From Dehalococcoidales bacterium (GTDB lineage Bacteria > Chloroflexota > Dehalococcoidia > Dehalococcoidales > RBG-16-60-22), in the NCBI GenBank assembly GCA_034430675.1, contig DAOUEB010000027.1:650-64649 (forward strand): a stretch of 64,000 bases of DNA, in the 5' to 3' direction. Under the pieces are notes generated by a model. That model was not told where the DNA came from and ran no database searches. It was given only the letters and a program-made list of their open reading frames with translations. Below are positions 33,340 to 42,687 of the stretch, one piece after another; the stretch's first letter is position 1; the number at the start of each line of letters is the position of its first letter. Position numbers and translations under genes: made by a program.

Positions 33340-35760
33340 GTGGCACTTATCTATCTTAGCTGTGTCTGGGTAGCCGGAATCTTTCTGGGCTCCAAACTGA
33401 ATCTGCCCCTGTTACTCAGCCTTGCCGGGCTTGTCCCTCTGCCGCTGCTCTTCTTTATCCGTCAACGCCGAAAGCTAATAATACTGGCCGGTCTCGGGAT
33501 TATTATCCTGGTATTATCGGCCGCTTATTCTTATTCCAGCCTGTACGGGATTGACGATAGTAAAGTCCATTTCTATAATGACCGTGGCATTACCGAAATC
33601 AAGGGTACGGTAGCGGGCGACCCTGATGTCAGGGATAGCAACACCCGCCTCAACCTATCGACTGCCGCTATCAAGCTGGACTCCGGATGGCGGGATGTCG
33701 AGGGAACGGTACTGGTGTTCGTGCCCCGTTACCCCGCCTATGAGTACGGGGACGTCCTCAGGATAACGGGAGAACTGAAGACGCCGCCTCAGCTGGACGA
33801 CTTTGATTATCGCGGGTATCTGGCGCACCAGGGTATCCATGCCACCATGCTCTACCCCCGGATAGAAGTGCTGGATACGGGGCATGGTTTCGCGCCGCTG
33901 GCCTGGGTCTATTCCCTGAGGGGACAATTGTCGCAAACCCTGGCGCAGGTGCTGCCCGAACCGCAGGCTTCGCTGGCCCAGGGTGTTGTCCTGGGAATCC
34001 GGGGCAATATTCCCCAGGAGCTGAGGGACGACTTCTCCCGCAGCGGCACTGCCCACATCCTGGCGATATCCGGCCTGCATCTCGGCATCATGGCCGGTAT
34101 CCTGCTCGGTGTCGGTCTCTGGCTCTTCGGACGGCGGCATTACCTCTATGTCTGGCTGGCGCTCGGCGCCGTCTGGCTCTACACCATAATTACGGGTATG
34201 AACCCGCCGGTGGTGCGGGGCGCCATCATGGCCAGCCTGTTCCTGTTTGCCGAGGCCCTGGGGAGGCAGCGCAGCGCCATGGTAGCGCTGACCTTAGCCG
34301 CGGCGGTTATGGTAGGCGTCCATCCCTATATCCTGGGTGGCGCTTCTTTCCAGATGAGCTTTCTGGCTATGGCCGGTCTGGTCTTTATTTTCCCGGTTTT
34401 GCGGGACCTGGGCAGGCGGGTGGTCACCCGGGTGCTGGGTGAGGAAGGGGCTTTTGTTTCCCTGTCTAATGTTGTCGTCGATACTGTGAGTGCGACCCTG
34501 GGAGCTATCATCGCGGTCTGGCCGGTGGTCGCCTATTACTTCGGAATAGTTTCCTTGGTAGGCCCTCTAGCCACCTTCCTGGCTTTACCGGCTCTGCCCG
34601 GTATTATCGTCACCGGGGCTCTGGCGGGGGTAGTGGGGCTGGCCTCACTGGCGGTAGCCCAGGCTATCGGCTGGCTGGCCTGGCTCTTTCTATCGTACCT
34701 GCTCCTGGTGGTCAGTGGCCTGGGGTCGTCCCCCGTTTCATCCGTTGAGGTCGAATCGATTAACCCGGTACTGGTGTGGGGCTATTATCTGGTACTCGCG
34801 GCGGCTATCTGGCTTAACAGTTATCGTAAGAGGTTGCGTAACCTGATGTCGGGAACGGCCGGCCGTATGAAGGAAGGGTTAAGTATATCCTTCGGGCTTT
34901 CCGGGGTCGGTAAGTGGCTTATCGTGCCCCTGCTGGTACTGGCGGTACTGGTGTCTTTCACAGCGGCCACCATGCCCGATGACGACCTCCGCGTCAGCTT
35001 TCTCGACGTCGGCGAGGGGGACGCCGTTCTCATTCAGAGGGGGAATCGGCAAATACTGGTCGATGGCGGGCCCAGTCCCCGGGCGGTAACCCTGGGACTC
35101 GGCAGCCGGATGCCTTTCTGGGACAGGACTATCGATGTGGTGGTATTGACCCATCCCCACCAGGACCACCTCGCCGGTCTGGTGGAAGTGCTCCGGCGTT
35201 ACCGGGTGGGGCATGTGCTCTATCCGGTTCTGGACTATGAGTCGCCTTCATACGACGAGTGGTCGAGGCTTGTTGTGGAAAAGGAGATAGAGAGCACGGT
35301 TGCCCGTGCCGGACAGCAGATTGACCTGGGTGACGGCATTATTATTAAGGTGCTGAATCCGCCGGCGAACCTTATGGCCGGCAGCCAGTCGGATGTGGAC
35401 AACAATGGCGTGGTGCTGCGCCTGAAAGCAGGCGATGTCAGCTTTCTGCTGACCGCGGATATTATGAGTGAGGCCGAGCGGGAGCTTGTCAGGGAACGGG
35501 CCGACCTGCCGGTGACGGTTCTCAAGGTGGCCCATCATGGCTCGGCTACCTCCACTACACCTGAGTTCCTGGCAGTGGTCAGCCCACAGGTGGCCGTCAT
35601 CTCCTGCGGCGCCGATAACCGGTTCGGCCACCCGGATGCCGAAGTTTTAGATAGGTTAGAAGAAAAAGTCGGCTTTGATAATATCTACTGCACTGCTGAA
35701 CATGGCACGATAGACTTTATCATTGACGGGGAGAAGCTCTGGGTGGAGGTGGGGAGGTAA
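33340..35760 (+). CDS. comEC: ComEC/Rec2 DNA internalisation protein with C-terminal metallo-beta-lactamase domain
   Basis: 806 aa polytopic protein. The competence domain motif (SGTAHILAISGLHLG) and MBL motif (LTHPHQDHLAGL...KVAHHGS) are present. Confidence 0.9.
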   Translation: MALIYLSCVWVAGIFLGSKLNLPLLLSLAGLVPLPLLFFIRQRRKLIILAGLGIIILVLSAAYSYSSLYGIDDSKVHFYNDRGITEIKGTVAGDPDVRDSNTRLNLSTAAIKLDSGWRDVEGTVLVFVPRYPAYEYGDVLRITGELKTPPQLDDFDYRGYLAHQGIHATMLYPRIEVLDTGHGFAPLAWVYSLRGQLSQTLAQVLPEPQASLAQGVVLGIRGNIPQELRDDFSRSGTAHILAISGLHLGIMAGILLGVGLWLFGRRHYLYVWLALGAVWLYTIITGMNPPVVRGAIMASLFLFAEALGRQRSAMVALTLAAAVMVGVHPYILGGASFQMSFLAMAGLVFIFPVLRDLGRRVVTRVLGEEGAFVSLSNVVVDTVSATLGAIIAVWPVVAYYFGIVSLVGPLATFLALPALPGIIVTGALAGVVGLASLAVAQAIGWLAWLFLSYLLLVVSGLGSSPVSSVEVESINPVLVWGYYLVLAAAIWLNSYRKRLRNLMSGTAGRMKEGLSISFGLSGVGKWLIVPLLVLAVLVSFTAATMPDDDLRVSFLDVGEGDAVLIQRGNRQILVDGGPSPRAVTLGLGSRMPFWDRTIDVVVLTHPHQDHLAGLVEVLRRYRVGHVLYPVLDYESPSYDEWSRLVVEKEIESTVARAGQQIDLGDGIIIKVLNPPANLMAGSQSDVDNNGVVLRLKAGDVSFLLTADIMSEAERELVRERADLPVTVLKVAHHGSATSTTPEFLAVVSPQVAVISCGADNRFGHPDAEVLDRLEEKVGFDNIYCTAEHGTIDFIIDGEKLWVEVGR

Positions 35761-35774
35761 CTTCCCCGGTATTT

Positions 35775-36419
35775 CTAAGGTTTCCTCACCAGGATGCATA
35801 TATTCCTTGAAAACGTCTTCAGCGGGAAGTGGTATTTACTTTCCGGTGATGAACTGACCACCTCGAAGCCGGCTTTCCGAGTCAGTCCCTCAAGTTCGCG
35901 GTGGGAGAACAGGTAGTAATAGCGGTAGAGGGTCTTGTCCTTGCTGCGCCAGGGAACCAGCACGTTTTTGGTCTTGAGCCAGAACCTGGGCTGCCAGCGA
36001 TTCCACACGGTGATAAAGGCCTCGCCGCCGGGCTTGAGCACGCGCCGTAAATCCCTTAATGCCTGTAATCTTTCTTCGTTGTCTTCGATATGGTGATAGG
36101 TAGCCACGGCTATCGCGCAGTCGAACGAATCATCGGCATAGGGGAGGTTCCGGGCATCGGCCTCGACGAGATTGACGCTGAATTTATATTTATCGGTGTA
36201 CTTCCGGGCGAGTTCTATCATCTTCGGCGAGAAATCAACGCCGTACAACTCGAAGCTGTTTTTGAAAGGGATAAAATCGGGACCATGGGCGCAGCCCACG
36301 TTGAGCAAGCGGCCCTGCCGCCACCGCTTCGCCAGCGCCTCCAGCTCATTGCAGAAGATGGAGCGGTGCCGGAAGTTATACCACCCCGAAGCTATCTGGT
36401 TGAAAATTTCTCTGGTCAT
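35775..36419 (-). CDS. class I SAM-dependent methyltransferase
   Basis: 214 aa. The LLNVGCAHGPD motif I and the VLKPGGEAFITVW segment are typical of the Methyltransf_11 type. Confidence 0.8.
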   Translation of the reverse strand: MTREIFNQIASGWYNFRHRSIFCNELEALAKRWRQGRLLNVGCAHGPDFIPFKNSFELYGVDFSPKMIELARKYTDKYKFSVNLVEADARNLPYADDSFDCAIAVATYHHIEDNEERLQALRDLRRVLKPGGEAFITVWNRWQPRFWLKTKNVLVPWRSKDKTLYRYYYLFSHRELEGLTRKAGFEVVSSSPESKYHFPLKTFSRNICILVRKP

Positions 36420-36442
36420 GGTATTCTCCGCTTACTTTCAGT

Positions 36443-36588
36443 GTCATTGCGAGCCCTCACGCTACGCTCAGGATAAACTCCGCGAAGCAATCCCCTTGAC
36501 CGTGTTTGAGATTGCCACGCCTGCGTACCGTAACGCACTTCGGCGTGCAGGCACGTCGCCCCGACCTGTCGGTATTCCTCGCAATGAC
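36443..36588. repeat. MITE-like element with perfect 11-bp terminal inverted repeats GTCATTGCGAG / CTCGCAATGAC
   Basis: TIRs at 36443-36453 and 36578-36588. The first 52 nt are near-identical to 55001-55052. It is followed by the hairpin AAGAGGGGCGAAGCCCCTCC at 36601-36620. Confidence 0.6.
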
Positions 36589-36707
36589 ATCTTTGTTTTT
36601 AAGAGGGGCGAAGCCCCTCCTGGACTCCCCCTGTTATGGCGTTTTAATTGTTGACATAAGCTAAAATCTGCTAAACTGAGAATAGTCTCCTGTTTAATAG
36701 TAAGCGC

Positions 36708-38102
36708 ATGATGAGGAAATTTGCAAGAACCATATCCGGGGTGACGCCGCTGGCGGTGATGACCCGGCCCATGAGCTGCCCCGGCCAGTGCCTGTACTGC
36801 CCGACTTATCAGGATGCGCCGCAGAGCTACACGCCGGAGTCGCCGGCGGTGCTGCGTGCTAAGAAGTGCGACTACGATGCCCGGCAGCAGGTGGAGTTGC
36901 GCCTGCGGATATTTACAGAAATGGGGCACCCCACGGATAAAATCGAGCTGATAATCATGGGCGGTACCTTTCTGTCTCATCCCATCGATTATCAATATCA
37001 ATTCATCAAGGACTGCTACGACGGACTTAACGGCGTGGCGTCGGCCACGCTGGAAGAAGCCAGGAAAGTCAACGAGACGGCCGCGCACCGCTGCACCGGA
37101 CTGTGTATCGAGACCCGGCCGGACTGGTGTGGACAGGCGGAGATAGAGCGGATGCTGGAGTTCGGTACCACGAGGGTCGAGCTCGGCGTGCAGACCCTGG
37201 ACGAAGATGTCTACCGTCTGGTGAGGAGGGGACACGGGGTGGAGGAAGTGGTCAGGGCCACGGCCTTGCTGCGGGAACACGGTTTCAAGGTCTACTATCA
37301 CTGGATGCCGGGACTCCCCGGCTCGACCCCGGAGAAAGACCTCAGCATGTCCCGGACGCTTTTTGCCGATGACCGCTTTAAGCCGGACGGACTGAAGCTG
37401 TATCCCACCATGGTAGTCGAGGGCACCGAGCTGGAGAGGTGGTACCGGGAAGGGCGCTACCAGCCCTACGATAATGAAACGATGGTAAATCTGACCATCG
37501 GGATAAAATCGATTGTTCCCAAGTATGTCAGGATTTCCCGCGTGCTGCGCGATATTCCATCCAAGTACATTGTCGCCGGACTCAAGGACTCGCTGCGGGA
37601 TATCGTCAGGAAGAGAATGAAGCGGGACGCCATCGAGTGCCGTTGCATCCGGTGCCGTGAGTACGGTCACCGGACGCGGGCCGGCTTTGACATCGGTAAA
37701 CCTCGAATGGTCAGGATGGACTACCATGCCTCGGACGGTAACGAGGTCTTCCTGTCCTTCGAGGACGATAAGGAGACGCTGTTCGGTCTGCTGCGGATGA
37801 GGATTCAATCCCGCCCCGTTCCGGCACTGGGGCAGGGGTTAAACGGTAATATAGCCCTCATCAGGGAACTGCACGTTTTCGGTCCCGAGGTTCCCCTCAG
37901 CGGGCAGATGAGCGAAGCCGCCCAGCACAAGGGACTGGGCAAGGCTTTATTCAGGGAAGCGGAGCGGATTGCCCTTGACGAGTTTCAGTCTGGCCAGATG
38001 ATAGTCCTGAGCGGCACCGGTGCCAGGGAGTACTACCGCACTGAGTTCGATTACCTCTCACAGGGCGACTACATGGTTAAGACCCTGAGACCTCAGGGTT
38101 AA
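36708..38102 (+). CDS. elp3: Elp3-family radical SAM / GNAT acetyltransferase (tRNA wobble-uridine modification type)
   Basis: 464 aa. Radical-SAM cluster motif CPGQCLYCP near the N-terminus, an elongator-type central domain and a C-terminal GNAT region (QHKGLGKALFREAERIA). Confidence 0.85.
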   Translation: MMRKFARTISGVTPLAVMTRPMSCPGQCLYCPTYQDAPQSYTPESPAVLRAKKCDYDARQQVELRLRIFTEMGHPTDKIELIIMGGTFLSHPIDYQYQFIKDCYDGLNGVASATLEEARKVNETAAHRCTGLCIETRPDWCGQAEIERMLEFGTTRVELGVQTLDEDVYRLVRRGHGVEEVVRATALLREHGFKVYYHWMPGLPGSTPEKDLSMSRTLFADDRFKPDGLKLYPTMVVEGTELERWYREGRYQPYDNETMVNLTIGIKSIVPKYVRISRVLRDIPSKYIVAGLKDSLRDIVRKRMKRDAIECRCIRCREYGHRTRAGFDIGKPRMVRMDYHASDGNEVFLSFEDDKETLFGLLRMRIQSRPVPALGQGLNGNIALIRELHVFGPEVPLSGQMSEAAQHKGLGKALFREAERIALDEFQSGQMIVLSGTGAREYYRTEFDYLSQGDYMVKTLRPQG

Positions 38103-38113
38103 TCATCTTCGCA

Positions 38114-39267
38114 TCAGGGACTGTTCTGCCGTGTTTTTCCCCGATTTTCCGTTTGGCTCTGCTCTCTGGTCTGATTGGCAGATACCGTATCGGGCTTTCC
38201 TGTTTCGGCATCAGTCCGCTCTCGATTCTGTTCCTGGTTCTCCGCCCGGACCTGTACCTGTACGGAAGGGTTATCCGAGTCCGGCGTCTGATTGGCGGTG
38301 CTTAACCTCAGTCTTTCCCTGACCTCTGCCTGTATCCGGTTCATTACGGTTTCTTCATCGGGAACGTCACCGAGGGCGTTTTTCTCCCTGAGTTTCTCGA
38401 GAGCCCTCTGGTACTTCCTCACCGAGTTCTCGATGGCGTTTTCGATGGCCTGCCGGGCGTTCTCGGGGACTTGTTCGTAGACTCCACTCAGGACATCCAG
38501 GCGGTTGGACGTGGAATGGGCCAGACGCTGTTCAATGGCGGTGATATCGATGCCTTTTTCCTCGGCAAAGGCGGCCATTTCTTCTTCCAGTGCGGCAATC
38601 CTGGGGCGTAATCCAGGGCTTCCTCAACATCGGCGGTCACGTTATCGGAAGCTCGCACCCTGGCCCTTTCCATCTGGTTTTCAATGGTGTCGGCGGCAAT
38701 ATCAATAGCCCTTTCCGTTTTTACTTTAGCCAGTGCCCACAGGGCGTTTATCTGCCCGTTCATGGAAGCTGTCCTGGCATGCGTAAGGGCTTCCCTGGCC
38801 TGTTCCGGGACCTGGTCTTTGACCCTGTCCAGAATATTCAGGTGTTTGGCGGTGGCTAAGGCCACTCTCTCCGAGATGTTATCGGAGAGTCCCTGCTGTA
38901 CGGCTGCTTCCAGTCTTTCGTTGACCATGGCCATAAACCCGTCGTAATCGTTGGCGGCGCGCTCCATCTCCCTCACCCTGTTTTTGGCGGCCATGGTCCG
39001 GGTTTCGGCCAGACGCTCTTCGGCGTATTGCAGGGCTTTCCTGACCTTGGCCTCGTTGCCAAAAGTGAAGAACATACCGATGTTTTTGCCCCACGTGTCC
39101 AGGAAGTAAAAGGGACTATCCGGCGTGAGACCGGGGTCGGGGAGTTCTTCATCCTGGGCGTAAGCGGTGCCGCCGAAGAAAAGTGACGTGATGATAAGGC
39201 TGCTTACTAATGTTATTCTCAATAGTTTCTGTTTCATGGTTGACCTCTCGTTCTGGTAAAATATCAC
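38114..39267 (-). pseudogene. secreted helical-repeat protein (DUF5667-like) split into two frames; frameshift or sequencing error
   Basis: ORF 38488-39267 has a signal peptide and the PDSPFYFLDTWGKNI motif. ORF 38114-38578 continues with the same repeat type (QVPENARQAIENA vs QVPEQAREALTHA). Frames differ by 1 nt and switch within about 38590-38640, near the G-run at 38603-38606. Confidence 0.45.
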
Positions 39268-39358
39268 TCACTGTATTATATAACGTAAGGGGTGCCGTTT
39301 GGTTAGGTATGCTCTGGGAAAAAAGTCCCTGGTAAATAGGTAATTCGGTAGTCTGAGC

Positions 39359-39727
39359 TCAGTACCTGCCCAGATCCCTTAACCTGTCGTCACTGATGCC
39401 GAAGTGGTGGGCTATTTCATGCTGCACGACGCGCTGTACCTCGGCGATAATCCTGGCATCGTTTTTATATATGGCCTCAATCGGTCTCTGGAAGATGGTT
39501 ACTTTATCCGGCGTGACGAATCCGTAGCCGTGGCTGCGCCGGGTCAGGGGCACACCTTCATAAAGGCCGAGCAGGGTTTCACCCCGTCTTCCTCCCAGCA
39601 CCCGCAGTTGAGTGCGTGTCGGCTCGTCGGCTACCACCACGTCGATGTTTTCCAGCCTTTCCTGGAATTCTTCGGGCAGGTTTTCGATTGCTTTAGCTAC
39701 GAGCCATTCAAACTTTTCGCTGTCCAT
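39359..39727 (-). CDS. small zinc metallopeptidase-family protein (zincin-like, DUF1025 type)
   Basis: 122 aa ending in the VVQHEIAHHFGISDDRLRDLG (HExxH) motif. Confidence 0.7.
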   Translation of the reverse strand: MDSEKFEWLVAKAIENLPEEFQERLENIDVVVADEPTRTQLRVLGGRRGETLLGLYEGVPLTRRSHGYGFVTPDKVTIFQRPIEAIYKNDARIIAEVQRVVQHEIAHHFGISDDRLRDLGRY

Positions 39728-40127
39728 TATTCCTGGCTTTCCTTAGTGACCAGATTACATACAGAAATATAAAATAGGCGCTGACGCTGGAAAGCACTAT
39801 CAGGTAGCCTATTACCTTGCTGAAAAAGGGGTCGGCCTGCGTCGAAATGATGAAGCGGACAAAGTGAGTAACGCCGGCCAGGAGCCCGGCGGTGAGCCCT
39901 ACGGTCATTCCGATGGAGAACGGCAGGCTTTTCAGCTTTTCGGGTTTAAACACAAGATAAACAACAAGGGCGTCTACGCCGAGGAGTGCCACGATAAGCG
40001 GTACGAAAATAAGCATGGTTTTTGGTGTGGGTATGACCACAATCTGCCAGATAGCGCGGATAACTATAGCGATAACAGCCATCGTAAAGGTAACGGTGCA
40101 CCATACTTTCAGGCGTGAATAGTTCAT
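39708..40127 (-). CDS. membrane protein, four helices
   Basis: 139 aa hydrophobic ORF that overlaps the downstream gene by 20 nt. Confidence 0.5.
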   Translation of the reverse strand: MNYSRLKVWCTVTFTMAVIAIVIRAIWQIVVIPTPKTMLIFVPLIVALLGVDALVVYLVFKPEKLKSLPFSIGMTVGLTAGLLAGVTHFVRFIISTQADPFFSKVIGYLIVLSSVSAYFIFLYVIWSLRKARNNGQRKV

Positions 40128-40160
40128 TGTATTACTTTCCTCCGATAGATAGTTGCCTCT

Positions 40161-40964
40161 CTACGTCTCTTCCAGTTGTGCCAGGTCGAATTTCATACCG
40201 TCCCGCGCGGCGATTACCCTGACCCCGGTCTTTTGGGATAGTTCTTCGGCTATTTTCCACGGCTTTGCCTGCCATACGCGCAGGCCGAAGTGACTTAAAA
40301 TGGCTACCCTGGGCTTTATCTCATTAATGATACGTTCGACATCCGGTATGGAAAGGTGGTCGATGGGTGGCCTGGGTTCCGTAAGTACCATGTTGATGAT
40401 TAGCAGCTCGCTGTCATAGCTCCGGTACAGGCCGTCGAAATACCTTGTATCGGTAATATAGGCGAAGGTATGACTAGAAGCGTGAAAAACCATGCCGTAG
40501 GTCTCCACCGGGTGTATATGCCTGACCGATGTGGTGAAGGTTACGTTACCCGCTGTGTATGATTTTTCTGCCTCCAGTACCACGATATTTTCGATGTAAT
40601 TTTTCAGGTACGAGAAGATAACCGGCTCATGTTCCAGGGCGTCGGCGGGGGCAAATAGACAGCCGTGCCGGTTAAAGCCGCCGTTGGTCATGGCTTCAAT
40701 CATAACGTTGACATCCGCCGCATGGTCCAGGTGACGGTGCGAAAGTATAATGGCGCTCAACTTTTCCGCGTTCAGTTTTCTCCTGGTGGTTTGGACGATG
40801 CTGCCCGGGCCGGGGTCGACGAGTATTTCGGTTCCCTTCAAGCTCAGCCAGAGGCCGCCTGAGGCAGCCAGCTGTCGGCTCACCATGAATCGGGCGCCAG
40901 CGGTTCCAAGGAAGGTAACGGTATCGGCTGAATTGTTGAGATTCTTCATGTCCGGTAAAACCAC
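40161..40964 (-). CDS. MBL-fold metallo-hydrolase
   Basis: 267 aa with the LSHRHLDHAAD (HxHxDH) motif. The start is possibly the Met at 40946. Confidence 0.8.
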   Translation of the reverse strand: MVLPDMKNLNNSADTVTFLGTAGARFMVSRQLAASGGLWLSLKGTEILVDPGPGSIVQTTRRKLNAEKLSAIILSHRHLDHAADVNVMIEAMTNGGFNRHGCLFAPADALEHEPVIFSYLKNYIENIVVLEAEKSYTAGNVTFTTSVRHIHPVETYGMVFHASSHTFAYITDTRYFDGLYRSYDSELLIINMVLTEPRPPIDHLSIPDVERIINEIKPRVAILSHFGLRVWQAKPWKIAEELSQKTGVRVIAARDGMKFDLAQLEET

Positions 40965-41128
40965 TTCTATAATAAAAGATGGCGTGTTTTTTTACAATCG
41001 GGTTCCCCAAATAAAACCGTTGATTTTGACAATTTCCTTTTCCCTTATATATACTTAGGTATGTAGACCTATTTACTCTAATCCACGTATCTGAGGATTC
41101 ATTCCGGGATAATAGGAGGTAGAGAACG

Positions 41129-41944
41129 ATGGAAAAACAAACGACAACTCCCCGTGGTAATCTCGAGGCTTTGCTTAATAGCTGCCCGGATGCCATTCTC
41201 GCCATCAACGCCGAAGGAGTTATCAAGTTCGCCAACAATGAGGCCTGCAAGCTCACCGAACGTAATATGAATGAGCTTATTGGCGAGAGCATTGTTGAAG
41301 TCTACGAGAATATCGAGGCCGCCCGGGTAGCCAACCGCAAAATCTATGAAGCTGGCGGGACGGTTCACGACATGGAAACCACCACGAAGACAAAATCAGG
41401 CAAGATAGTTCCGGTGCGTGTTTCGGCATCACATCTTTATGATAGCGCTGGTAAGTATATCGGCGGTGTCGGCTATTTTGCCAAGTACCGACCCTGGGCC
41501 GGCGCCGAGGCTCAGGTCAAGGCCCGCGTCGATGAGCTGGAGGCCAGGCTCGATAAGTGGAAGGCGCTGGCGGCCCCCGTTTTCGAGTTATACCCGGGAC
41601 TTTCCATTATGGTCATCGTCGGACATCTCGATGTTGACCGCTTTGAAGACATCACCACCAATCTGCTCAATCATGTTGAGAAGGTCAAGACGCGCGTGAT
41701 ACTGCTCGACCTGTCTGGCACTGTAGTGGACGATGGTGAGGTCGCCAGACATTTCGCCAAGGTGATACGAACCGTACGATTGCTCGGAGCGGACTGTATT
41801 ATCGCCGATATGCAGACTGCCCTGGCCCGGGCGATGGAACCGCTCATGGCCGACCTGGGCTCGGTGAAGTCTTACAGGTGCATGGAGCTTGCTCTGGAAG
41901 AGGCGTTAAAAACAATCGGTTACGAAATCCGCCATAAGGACTAG
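41129..41944 (+). CDS. PAS sensor / STAS domain protein (RsbR-like architecture)
   Basis: 271 aa. N-terminal PAS (LLNSCPDAILAINAEGVIKFANNEACKLT), a coiled-coil linker and a C-terminal STAS (LSIMVIVGHLDVDRFEDITTNLL...VILLDLSGTVVDDGEVA...LLGADCIIADMQ). Confidence 0.7.
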   Translation: MEKQTTTPRGNLEALLNSCPDAILAINAEGVIKFANNEACKLTERNMNELIGESIVEVYENIEAARVANRKIYEAGGTVHDMETTTKTKSGKIVPVRVSASHLYDSAGKYIGGVGYFAKYRPWAGAEAQVKARVDELEARLDKWKALAAPVFELYPGLSIMVIVGHLDVDRFEDITTNLLNHVEKVKTRVILLDLSGTVVDDGEVARHFAKVIRTVRLLGADCIIADMQTALARAMEPLMADLGSVKSYRCMELALEEALKTIGYEIRHKD

Positions 41945-41962
41945 AACCAGGAGGACTGAATA

Positions 41963-42664
41963 TTGGACAAGGTATTTCCCAGCCTGGATGAAGCTGTGGC
42001 GGACATTCCTGATGGAGCTTCCGTCGCTATAGCCGGCTTCTTTACCGCTGGAACGCCTATCCCCCTGATAAAGGCTCTGGCCAGGCAGGGGGCTAAAGAC
42101 CTGATTATCATCTGCATGCAGATGGGGCCGGGCAATGAGGATATCAATCAATTAGTTATCAATAAGCAGGTTAAGAAGGCCATCTGCAACTATCCTTTCT
42201 ATCGCTCGGCCAGCCGGGGAGCCGATTCTCCCACCGAGCAGGCGGTTCGTGCCGGCGAGCTTGAAATGGAAGTATACCCGATGGGCACCTTCTCCGAAAA
42301 GCTAAGGGCAGCCGGAGCCGGTATCGCCGCCTTCTACACCCCCACCGGCGTGGGTACGGTTGTGGAGAAGGGTAAGGAGAAAAAGAAATTTGGAAAACAA
42401 GAGTATCTCCTGGAGCTCGCTCTCAAGCCCGACTATGCCTTCGTGTATGCCTACAAGGGCGACCGTATGGGTAATCTCCAATGTCGCATGACTGCTAGGA
42501 ATTACAGTCCGGAGATGTCAGCAGCGGCGCAAATTACTATTGCCGTCGTGGAGAACCTGGTGGAGCCCGGTGATATTGATGGGGACATGGTGCATATACC
42601 GGGTGTCTACGTTCAGAGGGTGGTGAAAGTAGACAGGCCTACTTACTTCCCGACTATCGACTGA
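41963..42664 (+). CDS. 3-oxoacid/acetate CoA-transferase subunit A
   Basis: 233 aa. DGASVAIAGF... N-terminus and the overall ScoA/AtoD pattern. Adjacent to a B subunit. Confidence 0.85.
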   Translation: MDKVFPSLDEAVADIPDGASVAIAGFFTAGTPIPLIKALARQGAKDLIIICMQMGPGNEDINQLVINKQVKKAICNYPFYRSASRGADSPTEQAVRAGELEMEVYPMGTFSEKLRAAGAGIAAFYTPTGVGTVVEKGKEKKKFGKQEYLLELALKPDYAFVYAYKGDRMGNLQCRMTARNYSPEMSAAAQITIAVVENLVEPGDIDGDMVHIPGVYVQRVVKVDRPTYFPTID

Positions 42665-42687
42665 TATCCTTAGAGGAGAAAAAGGGA

